A stretch of 64,000 nucleotides of DNA, taken from NCBI RefSeq assembly GCF_009914755.1, contig NC_060930.1; one strand, given 5' to 3'. A program made the position numbers and the translations under genes. Source of the DNA: the human T2T-CHM13v2.0 reference genome, Homo sapiens. This document shows, piece after piece, positions 17,672 to 29,867 of this stretch; positions within the stretch are counted from its first letter, which is position 1, and each line of letters begins with the position of its first letter. The notes beneath the pieces were generated by a model that searched no databases, was not told where the DNA came from, and saw only the letters and a program-made list of their open reading frames with translations.

Positions 17672-18698
17672 CTGAAATAATGAGAAGGAATAGAAAAAGA
17701 AAATTAAATATAACTCAACAGCATTTTGTAAAAGGCAAATATTTACAATTTTAATTGATGACAGACACACACTTCATAATACGATTAGCATGCAACTCCA
17801 GCTGCAAAAACTGAACAGCAATATGCCTAAGCTGGTTAGCAGCAAAAAAGTAAACCAATCACATCGACAAAAAGCCACCATAAACAAAAAAACTGTATTT
17901 AAAAGATTAACAGTTTTGGCATTCATCCCTAGCATCAAGTCTTTCACTTTCTTTTTTTCCATCAAAATTTAGCTTACATTTGAAGTTAGCAAGAGTTGCA
18001 TTACTATTATTGTTAATTTTAGTTCTGTTTATTGCCTTGAGGGTTATATAATGTCAAATAATTTTGGTGCCTCTAGTTAATTTTAATTAGTTGTTTTAAT
18101 AGCCTATAGACCTATTTGTTATATTTTTGTAGGTTTACTTTTTTAACTATCAGGAACTTAATAACTGAGAATATTTAACATTACTGTTGCATAGGCAAAA
18201 TTACAGAGTTACTATTAGTGTTACCTGTTTAACGTTTAGTCATCCTTTGAGTCCTGCGACATATTTCCTTAATAATCATCAGCCATCAAGTCTGATAGTC
18301 TCAAAAGAAATATCAGCCCTCTAAACTGCCTTCTAGGGCGGTGATATTTAGCACTGAAAATTACAAATAAAGTTTTTGAGGTTGAATAGCAACAACTGGC
18401 CAGTGACACTGATGATTTGTTTGTCAAAACAAATTGTTATAAACTACGCGAATGAAGTCCACGCACTCCTTTGAGTGAAAACAATAAAGTGAATCTACGC
18501 AATGCTTACATGTTGGATGGGATATTTAATGTGCGGGGAAACTCAAAGGTTGAAGAACTAGGCATTTAGACAGTGGTAAGTGGTAATCTTACCTCTTTAT
18601 ACTCCATTACTCTTTCTCACGAGAGACATGCTAATGCAAACAAGTCAATCAGAATTTGTGTTTAGCAAGATAAAGCTTAGAGGATAGTTTAAAATCCA

Positions 18699-18704
18699 TT
18701 TATT
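18699..18704 (-). terminator. Distal polyadenylation signal AATAAA of KHDRBS2
   Basis: Plus strand tttatt at 18699-18704, about 1 kb after the stop; U/GU-rich sequence (ttctgattgacttgttt) follows on the minus strand. Confidence 0.65.
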
Positions 18705-19252
18705 ATTCTAAATCCATTTTTTTCCATTAACATGTTATACATTAGTGTTTACTAACCATGATTCATGTAACAGTTTAGTTTGTTAACTTTTAAATTATTT
18801 AACAACCATAAGTTATTAATACATTTTTAAGTATTACACAAATATCTTAAAACAGACTTGGGTTCATTTTTGTAATTTTTAAATAGAAAACATTTTAGGC
18901 ATCTCTTGAAGAAGAAATAAAGCAGGCATTTAAAGCTAGAAAACAAGTAATTCCAAATTTAATTTTTACAAAAGTTTTCAGCTTTATTGACAAATTATGG
19001 CAAACATATTTGACAAATTGTGGTTTCCTATTTAGAGAAGCTTACACATGGAACTTTATGTGTGTTTTTTTTTCTTTTTTAACAAATACAGGTTAAAACA
19101 CTGAACAAATTCAGTTAGCTACATACATACAGTAGCTGCTTGTTTTCAACCCCATTAAAACAGCATTAAAATTAAATTTACAAACTTAATATCAAACATC
19201 TTTGTCTAACTAACAGATATTAAAAGACAGGTTAAAACATCTTATCTACAAC

Positions 19253-19258
19253 TTTATT
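19253..19258 (-). terminator. Candidate proximal AATAAA in the KHDRBS2 3'UTR (another at 18983-18988)
   Basis: Plus strand tttatt; usage cannot be shown from sequence. Confidence 0.35.
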
Positions 19259-19686
19259 ATCAGCTAGTTCAAAAATCATATTACAGTCTTTTAGCAACCC
19301 TAAACAAAGTTTCTGCTAGTTGGTTGAGACTCAAAATCTGTTAACAAATTCATGCTTTTCCTCAAAAAAAAAAAAAAGAAAAAGAAAAAAAAAAGATTAC
19401 ACACAACAATGAAAAACAACCAAGAGAATATCATCCTACTGAAAGGTTTATAGACTATGCTTGCTAATGTCTTTTTCAGTCTGTTTTGTAAAATAATACT
19501 AGTGTCAATGTCACGCCAACAGTACAGAGGGAAATACTAGAAATATATGGGAGTAATCATGAGCAGTTATCCCTAGAATAGAAACAAACAAACAAAAAAA
19601 GGACTATTACTTGTCTTGTTGCTGTTTATGTGGAGACCACAGGCTATGAATTGTCTTTGAGGTGAGGTCACAGGTGGGAAGGACCT

Positions 19687-19784
19687 TCAATATCTACCAT
19701 AGGGGTGTTCCCTGTATCCCCCTCTGGCTGACCTTTGCGGTGGTGCCTTCAAGCTAGAGCGGGTTGTGGCCCATTCTTCTGGTG
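19687..19784 (-). CDS. KHDRBS2: KHDRBS2 (SLM-1) last coding exon, coding part with C-terminal PY-NLS
   Basis: Acceptor tttctctttttcacag|CACCAGAAG...; translates (A)PEEWATTRSSLKAPPQRSARGGYREHPYGRY then TGA (19687-19689). YREHPYGRY is the Sam68/SLM C-terminus, and the preceding residues match SLM-1 rather than Sam68 or SLM-2 as I recall them. Confidence 0.96.
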
Positions 19785-20091
19785 CTGTGAAAAAGAGAAA
19801 GATAGTAACACACACATGACTTCACAGTTACCAAAAATAGTCATTTAAGACACAATAGTTGACCGAGAAAAAGAAAACAAAAGATCTCAACACCGAACGC
19901 TAAAGCCTATTTTTTCCACATCGTGAGACCATCAAAAAAGTGTGTGTATATAAATGTGTACTGTGTATTTATTATGTGTTAGATTTAAATGCCACAAAAT
20001 AGAAAGAGGAGTATCAATGTAAACCCCTGCCCATAAAATCTTTTTACATAGAATTCTTAAAAATAAATAAATAAATTGGATATAGGAAACC

Positions 20092-20284
20092 AGTAGTCCT
20101 TAGCCCTTGAATAACTTGAGAATCACCTGGAAATATTAAACAATCAAAATAAAAGATAACTAACACCTGCTCTCTGTCCCCCAAATCTACTGATTAGAAA
20201 ACTCTATGGGCTGGGACCTACGGTTTGGTATTTTTCAAATACTCCCCAGATGATAGTTATATGGTCCAGGGTTGAGATCCATTG
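20092..20284. mobile_element. MER5-like hAT DNA transposon remnant
   Basis: gaatcacctgg...ctactgattagaaactct...tccccagatgat...gggttgagatccattg pattern. Confidence 0.65.
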
Positions 20285-21192
20285 TGTTAAATTGTATAGA
20301 GAAAGTGAGAGACAAGCAGAATATAGAGTAGAAAAAACCTTAAGCAGCAAAATCAGTAAACAAAACAAAACACAAAGATATCAGTTTTTCCAAGTAAACA
20401 ACTCAGTAAATAAAGAAGTATTAGTACACCAGGAAAACTCCATTTACCTGCTAATTTTGGCTAGGTTCCAAAACATTGAGGGTAGTAGAAATCTATTATT
20501 CCAAAAAAGCAAGAAACAAGTAACCAAGCTTTTGAGTACTGTGGAAAATAGCTATTGTAAAATCTGTGTCCCCAGAAAAGAAATGCAATTCTTCTTTAAA
20601 ATAACTCAATGTTGGCTTTATGGTGACATTTTATGTGATTCCAGCAACTAGGTTATTTTGGTCTCTCAATCAGAATTTAGTTCCTCATCAAGAGCAGATT
20701 TCATGCATGGGTGTGTAAAAGGAGGTGCAGACAAAGGAAAGAAGGTTACTAGAGACGCATAGATATTGATAATTGATATATAAAAAAATGGAAATATTAA
20801 CTGGGAAACAATTGCAGATTGAGGGCAACTAATGTAGGGCATTTGCCCCCAGATAGTTCCTCCGATCATAAGAATTAGTTGAGAAAGACTACTAGAAAAG
20901 CATAAAAAATTTCAATTGTACTCATTATAATATAGAGCAAATGAAAACAATCTACTATGTAGAAAAATGATCAAAAGTTTATCATTGTTGGGAAAAATGG
21001 CACTTAAGTGGACAAATATTAGTTTTTTGAGAATATTCTCACCAGGGCATTATTATTACAACTGATACCTGATAATAAATAAAAAATTATATCTCTTTCA
21101 CTGTTTAGTCTTTTATAGGATATAAAATAGGAGTAAGAAAGAAATAAATATAACAAATGTTCCCATTGCTCAAAATACAGGTTTACTTGGAT

Positions 21193-21412
21193 CAGAGGTT
21201 GGCATACTCTGGCCTGTGAACCAAATTTGGCCAGCTGATTGTTTTATAAATAGTTTTACTGGAACACAGGCATGCTGTTTATTTACATATTGTCTATTGC
21301 TGCTTTCACGATACAAAGGAAAAGTTCAGTAACTGTGATAGAGATTATACTGCTTGAAAAGCCTAAAATATTTATACTCTGGGCTTTTACAGAAAAAGTT
21401 TACAGATCTGTG
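21193..21412. mobile_element. MER58A-like hAT DNA transposon
   Basis: cagaggttggca...ttttactggaacacag...aagcctaaaatattta...tttacagaaaaagttt pattern. Confidence 0.8.
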
Positions 21413-24400
21413 CTCTAGACCATGTTGTTTTTGGTGGGAAAATGCAGATGTTGGTCTTTCTGATGTAATCTTTTGAGGGCAGGAATTTATCCCCAAACCA
21501 TTTGACTTTATCAACATAAAAATGAAAAGAATTCCATGTATTTGCTTGATTGGAACTAAATAAAACTGTTTTTGGTGTACTCAAAGGGAAAACACATTCA
21601 GTGTGTGCAAGCTTGAAAGTACCTTCTTAGCCTTATGTAAAATGAATATTTACACCACGTTTATGAGATAATCCAGGCTATATCATTGTTTTTGTCCTCT
21701 GATGGTAAAATGTATCCCAATTTATCATGGTTTTTAACAAAAAGAATGTACTACTTTTTGCTCCAATTATTCCAGAGTGTTAGAAATCCCTGGGTTTCAC
21801 TCTACAGGATTTAAGAGCTGAGACAATAGAGGCTTCAAGTTTTCCCAGGAAATAGAAGTCCCAGGTCCTTTTTTAGATTCTGAATGTTCCTGAAAAACAG
21901 CTAAACAATCATGAGCGGAGTGACAGAATACTTGTCACATACACTCCCAGATTTTTTCAGAATTTTAAATTGACATAAACCTAGGGACTTGCTACAGAGG
22001 ACATAAGTGTTTAATAACTACTCATCAACTTGGCTTCAGTTGACTTTTTCTAAATCTCTAGGGCAGTTAATTGATGAGCTAAAACTCTTCATTTCCTAAA
22101 TGTTAGCCAACATTAGAATAGGGACTGTTGCTATTCACTGTTGTTTCCCAAGTGCCTGGGAGAAATTCAATGCCTAGTTAGGGCTGAATGTAGTGAAAGG
22201 TTACATGAAAGAAAGGATGGATGAATGAACAAGGGAACTATGCAGAAAGTTCCAGTGATAATTCAAAAAACAGAAACAGTTGAGCTAAAGAAATTTAACA
22301 TTTATTTAAAAAACTCTTTAATTAGAAATCTTATATATTTGTTATAGAGTTAAAGATCAGACTTCTTACTCAAAAGGGTTATCTAAGTATCAAAAATATT
22401 TCACTATTGAATTCAATGAAGTAATCGTAGTGCGATCTCATTATTAAAAAGTACAAAAGTATCATATTTCATGGCACAAATATGTGCTCTTTTATAACGC
22501 TCTGCTTCTATGTGAATTAATACTATGCTCTTTCTCCTTGCTCAAGGCTAGGAAAATGGAAATTATTGTTAGTTCATGATACTTGTACGTGGAAAAGTAA
22601 ATCGCCAGCCAAAGTGATTTCCTATCCAAGCAAAAGTAAGTTTCTAATTTTCCAAGATTCCATACCATTAGCAGAGGAAATTAAGGACTTATTTCACTTA
22701 ATTCAGACCTTGCTTCCATTGTTTACATGTTCTTGGTAACAATAGCAAAGAGAGATCAGGAAAAGTATTATTTTTATTTGTGTCCATCTTTATCTTTCCT
22801 AATATCAGAATGTTTATGTATAGTTACACATTTACAATTGCCACATGATAATGCACGTCAGTTTTTCTTAGTGAAAATATGTTCTTTGGATTGAGATTGG
22901 AGAGTACTGAACCAATGAACGTTTTTCCAGTGCCACCATAGAGTGTGTCATTGAACTTTATATGGTTGGCCAAGCCCCTCATTGCTCACCAGCGATATTT
23001 AGGCCTCTGGATTTCTTCACTGCAAGTACCACATATAGAAGGGATTCTAACCTGAGTCCCATGGAACCTTGAGCATGGAAGAGGCCCAAACATAGGGAGA
23101 GACAAATCATGACTGGGTTCCTCATGATGGGAGTTTCTCTGAAATTTGAAGTTGTAAAGACCCACGAATGAACTTAGAATTTATCTGTCCTCTTGGGTCT
23201 CTCAGTAGACAAGCAGATTCTAAATATTTAAAGCCTTCCTACGAATTTTAGAGTCCTGTTTTTTTCTAGTCCCATGGTGTGGTCTAAGATGTCATTTAAA
23301 AACTCATTGCATCCAGTGAAATTTAGAAATTTCTTTATCCTTTAGGGAAATGATAAAATAAGTAAGATTCTCTCAATATCAGGATCATTGTCACATGAGA
23401 AGCACTGGCTAGGCTATGAATTAATCCAATAACAAATTCCTCCTCAAAAAAGGTACCAAATAACTATACGCCAAATTGAAATTATGGAATGGGTTACATA
23501 ATTGTGAATCTGAAAATAGCAAATCAGGATATGAGAAACAGAAGTTAAGTGACTTGATCCAATTGCCACCCTTTTTTGGCTTCCAATTCAGGCTTTAAAG
23601 TATCATATATTATAAGAAATATTAGATAAATTTATATTTATTATATGAATAATAAAGCATCACTAAACACATTTTTTATTTATTGAAGATCTCCTATATG
23701 CCAGTTACTATACTATGTCCTGCATATAAGGACAGTTTAAGGGGCCCATAAAAGACACAGGAAAAAATGAACCTGAAATTTCATAGGTTATGACACAATT
23801 TTAATTGATGTTTTAAGAAAATGCTGGGGAAAGCACAGGGAAGGGAGGTCTAACTTTCATCATTCAGTTGAACTTGCATTGAACTCTAACATTTAATCAT
23901 CTCAAAGAAGAGATTTTCTGAGCAAATATACTTAGTAAGAACACAGGTGCTGTTTAACTTATCTAAGAGAATTCACTTTCTTTAAAGACTTTCCTGTGTT
24001 AATTATTTTGTATTATCTGGCCTTGTTTCTAAACTGGACTCTAAGATCTATGAAAGGAGAAATCGTCTACAGTGGTAGACACTGAATAAGAGCAAATAAG
24101 AATATTTGTAAGCTGCATATAAATAAATGGTGCTACTAAATAAAAAAGGGGTTTCAAACCAATTATGCAAAATAAGTAAAATAGAACTTTTCAGAAAGGC
24201 ATTATTAGCAATTAGGTTGTCATGTTGCATGTATACAGTATATGTCAATATTTCTTTCAAAAGTTCTATCTGTTTTTTATTAACTTAGGCTGCTATTTTA
24301 CCCAGTGAATCAGGTTTTACAGACTGCCTAGAGTGCATCTCTATTTCATGGTAGTCAGCGTCACTGAGGAACATTTGACTGTGATAGAAGAATGTAAATT

Positions 24401-27400
24401 ACCTAGGTAACTCCTGTGCATTAAATATTACTGTGACTTCAAAAGTTTCTGTATCTCAAATACTGTGCGAAATGAGGCCTATTAAGTGCTATGCATTTGT
24501 CAATGTGTTCTTATTTCTGCAGTGGGACCAGGTACCTTGGGGAGCATTCACAGTGGGAAAGAAAAATCTGGATGATTTTTAAAGTTGCAAAACTGTGTTC
24601 TCTGATAGTTCCAGAGATACTGAGGTAGTTGGGAAAAACATGAAGCATAGGAACGAGGGGTCAATTCAGGAAAAGTTGACATTATTTAAGTATCTGGAAA
24701 GCAAACTTTTAATGTTTATCTTTCAGGAAGTAGTTTTAAAATGCCACCTAAGAGGAAATTAATATTAGAGATCAGTTCAGAAAGGATAAAGGAGATCATG
24801 GAGCTTACTGAGTGCAGTCATGATACTCTTATTTTGCTATCTTAGATAGCTATTTGTCTGTATATCTGAAATATGGAAAAGAATCTAAAAAGAAGCTTGT
24901 TAAACCCACAGCAAAACGAAGGAAGCTCATGCGATTTTTGGTACACTGTAAATCAATATGCAAAAATCACAACTAAAGTAGGAAACCCAAGTTAGTCTCT
25001 ACCATTACAAACCGCTAGTGTTTTTGCTTTGCAAATCATATAATGGCATTACGACATGGTTGATTAAAATTCATCCTGGCTTTGAGCCACTCAGTTTGTT
25101 CATCTCAGCTAAGTTTCTGATGTTTCTAAGGAGTATTATTCTATTTGAAAGCACCTTTCAAATATATGTTTGTTGTTTTGAGGCTATTTAATCCCAAAGA
25201 ATATGTTAGGTTAGATGTTTTGCTGTTGTTGCAACTCACTATTATGATAGCATCCATTTTATTTACTTAATGTTTAAACACCTATCATATTTTAAAAAAC
25301 TCTATCACAACTTTGAAGGGCCTATCACAGTGCTAGGTGTTTTGTGTATATTATTAGCAAATATCACAATTTTCCTACAAGGTAGCTGTTGACACTACCT
25401 TCTTTTTAAAGCTGAGGAAACTATGACTCAGAAAGTTTAGTTGTTGGGAAAATACAGAATTTTTGTCTCTAAATGTCTCACTATCTATTCACCAACCCTT
25501 TCTCTTTTTCCTCTTTTTTTCCCCCTATAAAACAAGACTTAATTTATTTTACTTCCCTTAAATTATATAATTAGTATTAATTATATAATAATTAGTGTTG
25601 ATTCCAACAACAATTAATTAGCCAAAAAAAATGAGATTTACTGTAGTTTTAATTTTGTTAGCAAGAATGTGGGCCGCTTCAACTGAATTTGTGAAGGTGC
25701 AAATCCAAAGTGGAATGCAGAGTTCTCTGCACTGCTCTGAGCATTTTAAAATATTAATGGAAATTTGCAACTCAATGGCTCAACCATTTCAACTGTACAA
25801 CATGTATTCCCACTATTTGTAATTATATAGTTTATTATTTTAAGATGCAGAGGGTAACAGAAGAGGGAGAAATATGGGTGACCAGCATCTCTTTTCACAG
25901 ATGAACATGGTGCATTATGTTCCAAGAAAAAGGGTTGCTAACTTTGAGTTCACCATCATTTGTCCTCTCAGAAAATTCAATCAGCTTCTGGGAAGCATTT
26001 ACAACTTTTATCACTCTTTCAAATTTTTAATTAGATGTCCTCTGTTAGAAAAAATGTATCACTTGGGATAATCCATTCAGAGAGTAACAAAGGACTTAGC
26101 CTTTCTTTGAACTCCATTCTCAACCCTAAAATCTTACCATGCACATGGCAGGCACTCAGTAATCATTTACTCAATAAATTAATTATATTTAAATATTTTG
26201 CATCTTCCTTTCAGACCCATAGGCTTCCCTCAGATGGATTCCTTCACTTTTGAACGGTAGTTCCCAGAGTCTTACAGATGTTCTGCATTTGCATTACTAT
26301 CCTGCCTTTTTCTTGTTGAAAGATTCCTTTCTGCAATCTTAAAACCATTTTTTAACTTTTCTGTATTTTTATATTATTGTGCTTAATATCTCCAATTTAC
26401 TTTATGTATATACCTAATTTCCATATTATAACCTGGTTTCACAATTTTATCTTCTGTGCCTAAGCTTAGTTGGTTTGAATTACTGCTATATTCTAATTGT
26501 GAACTCAAGGAAGCTTAAAAAATATTCCTGACAAACTTCAGGCTGTGCCAAGAACAATATTCCAGGTAGTTTTGCATGTGATGCATAATTTTTATCAGCT
26601 TCTGTTTTCCCAGGTGAGGCCACTGTGATTTGCAATATTAGAAAGAATCCCCATAATTCAAACTTCTTGGTGGTAGTGGTGGTGTTTTCAAATTGCCTAT
26701 TCAGTTCTAGTCCCTGTCCTATACATTATTGTATTTAATAAATTGACTCAATCTGTACCATTTTATTTCTAATTATCATCCATTAATAATTGAAAATTAT
26801 ATATGTCATTAAAATTTAAACAAACATATTTTATGCTTGACTCTGCTGTATAGTATCCTGCAGCTGTAGAATAATACAGGCCAGTGGTTCTTAACATTTT
26901 TAAATAAGTGTGTGTCTATCTTATTGCTATGGAGTTAATAACTCATTTAAATAAAAAGGAGACAAAGAAGCTAGCTAGAGAAAGGATTTTCAAAATGGAA
27001 CATACAGAAAAAATGGTGAATGATAATTTGGCACAATGTAGAAGGTTATCTGACTAAAGTCTAAAACGTACTTTCATTATTGTCAAATAAAATGCTGAAT
27101 CATTCAAAAGACTGCGGAATTCAGCTAGAGGCTTTTTGAAATGCACATAAGGAGTTTATAATATGAGGAATAACAGAAGGGAGAATAAAAATGGTGGTAT
27201 AAAGTAATATGGTATAATTCTCTTCTCAAAGAATTCCAATACTCCCTTTAACTCAGTGAAGAAGGTAGGCTTGGTGACAGAGCTTCATAGACAGAGATTA
27301 CATTTGTAGTTACCTGATTGTCTTACTCCCCCTACATTCTTCATTTTTCTACCTAAGAGCAGAAATGAGCCATAGTTATAGCAATTAGAGAAAATCAGGT

Positions 27401-27518
27401 TTTCAGCTCTACAAATGTTAATCTTTCTGTATGACCTACTCTAAGTGCAAGTGCCTGTGTTTATACCACAGTGTGCCTTTCCCTGCTTTTCCAGGTTGAT
27501 AAATTGGCTCCCACCACT

Positions 27519-28223
27519 TGTGAAAGATCTTAGTTAGTCTTTGTCCCTGGTTACTGGGAGGTAAGCTCTAAATCCTAAAATTTCCCAAGTGATTGGAGTG
27601 TCTTTGTTATTCATGGTGAGCCCCTTCAACCACACCTTATAGTTTATACTAAGGAGATGATTCAAGATGGCAATGGTCATGCCGGGAAGACTAACCATAA
27701 TATTAGAGTTTGGGCTTTGGCCTATGTGATATCAGCCCAACCTGAGGAGTGGAGAAGGCTGGATATTGATATGATTTAATCTATCATGTCTATACAATGA
27801 AACCATAATAAAATGTCTGGACACTGAGACTCCTGTGAGCTTCCCTGGTTAGCAATACTTTTATCTATTATTACATAATGACGTGCCAGGAGGATAATGT
27901 GACCCAGCAGCTGTCAGAACCTTCATGTTTGGGATCCTCTCAGACTGTGCTCTTGTCATATGTGTCTCTCTCTTTGACTGGTTTTGATTTGTACCCTTTT
28001 GCTATGATAAAACTATAATCATAAGTATAGCACTTTCCTTTTTCCTTTGAGTTGTTCTGAAAAATTATTAAACTTGATAAGACCGTGGGAACCCCCGAAT
28101 TTGTAGCCAGCCGGTCAGAAGTAAGAATAGCCTGGAGTCCCCCAAACTTGTGAGTGTTGTATGAAGTAGAATTTTGTGGAAATTTTGTGGAAAACTGTGC
28201 CCTTAGTTTGTGAAGTTTGGCCT
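27519..28223 (+). mobile_element. Solo LTR, MER21-like (ERVL)
   Basis: tctttgtccctggttactgggag...gtctttgttattcatggtgagcccc...gggaacccccgaatttgtagccagccggtcagaagt pattern. Confidence 0.7.
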
Positions 28224-29687
28224 ATCTATGGGCATCCCCTTTGTCTCTTTGCTTGCTCTCTCCAATCTTCTCAGAAGTGTAAATCTTAGCTCTTGGCCCA
28301 TGATTGAACCTATCTGTGCCAGAACTTCTGGATACCAAAAGCCTCTTGAGTTATCTGCCTATTACCTGCTGCTGCACTCCCCTGAGCATGAGGGAGCTTC
28401 TACTGGGATCTTCCTGGACAATCGCAAACTTCAGAGAGACTGATCTAACTATTTTAGTTGTTGTCTTTGTTCGTCTATTTTCTGGCATCTCTTGTTACCC
28501 ATTGAACTAAAGGTTTGATAAGGTACCAGTACGGTTAAGTCATTTGTTCAATACAAGAAGACACTGATTGTGAGTCATATATACATGTATATATACAGAT
28601 ATACATAGATACATATATATTTGCAATGTTGGGAAGAATCCCTGTAATTCAAACTCCTTGGTGGTGGTGATAGTTTTTTAAAATGCCTATTCTGTTTTAG
28701 TCCAGAGCATTTAACAATATTCTAGTCCAAAATACTTAGCAAATATGCCATCATTCAATAAATTATGATGCTTGATAAATCAAGTGTAGCACATTTATTT
28801 CAGACCAACGTATTTTGTCTTTTTTTCTTTTAATCATGCTCTCTTTTAATACACATAAAAATCTCCCAAATTCTGGAAATTCTGTAATGATTTCCTAAGG
28901 TGGCATATCCCTGGATATATTTTTTTTCTTAGCTGGCATACTTCCAAGTGGGCAAAATTTTTCACCATGTTCATATTTTGTATTCTGTACTTTGTGCTTT
29001 ATAAACAATTCATTTTTCATATATTCTAAATATAAATCTATATCCTATTGAATATCCTTTCTTGTACATGATCTGTTCATCCCAAGAGTTCGACAATAAG
29101 TCACTCAACTCTCCCCTCCCTCTTAGCCAAAATGATTGTGCCATTAACTCAGCAGAAAAGGAAGTGATTAAAAAAATAAAAAACACCTTTCCTATGGCTT
29201 GTTTTATTGTTTCAACAAGAGAGTTGTTAAACACATGTGGACTATAATTTTTTGTTGACTCTACCTGTTGGGTAAATTTTTTAAAAAGTCAAGGTTGAGA
29301 TTTAACTGTTCAACACACAATTGTTCAAAAAGGTAGTTACTTATGTTTATTACTACTTAAACTTACAGTTTTTATAAAGTGGACTTAAAATATCAGGTTC
29401 TCTAACAAACACAATGTTTGATTACAAAATACCCAGTGTTATAAAAGGAGCCTGCATATAAGTTATGTATCACCTTCAAAAATGCAAATGACTGGCACAG
29501 TTTGGCAATTCATCCTTTCAGTAGTCATGAGAAGCAGATACTGATAGGAAAAAATAAAAGGGCTTCAAGTACAATTTGGTCTTATTACTGTAAGAGAAAT
29601 TATAAAGATAATTATCAAAAAATGGATATTACCAATTAAGATCATAGGATCCTTTGAATGTGCCCCCATGCATGTGGCTATCTAAAA

Positions 29688-29867
29688 CTTATTCTCAACC
29701 TTAGCTTACAATGGAACCACCTATGAAGCTTTTAGATAATTCTGATGGCTAGTTCTCATCTCCAAAGGTTGTGATAGATCCAGTCTGGTATGGAAGCTGA
29801 ACGTTCGTATTTTTTTCAAAGCTCAACAGGTGATCCTAAAATGTGTAATCACGGTTAATAATCTCTG
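29688..29867. mobile_element. MER5A-like remnant
   Basis: ttctcaacctt...gaaccacct...aagctcaacaggtgatcct pattern. Confidence 0.55.

Larger units (their letters stand above)
18680..19686 (-). other. KHDRBS2: KHDRBS2 3'UTR (end approximate)
   Basis: Repeat-free AU-rich sequence after the stop codon, with a long U tract (19364-19394) and AATAAA hexamers. The end is inferred ~15-20 nt after the distal AATAAA. Confidence 0.75.

Noticed and set aside
20250-20651. 133-aa plus-strand ORF
   Set aside because: Starts inside a MER5 remnant, is antisense to KHDRBS2 and has no recognisable domain; expected by chance.
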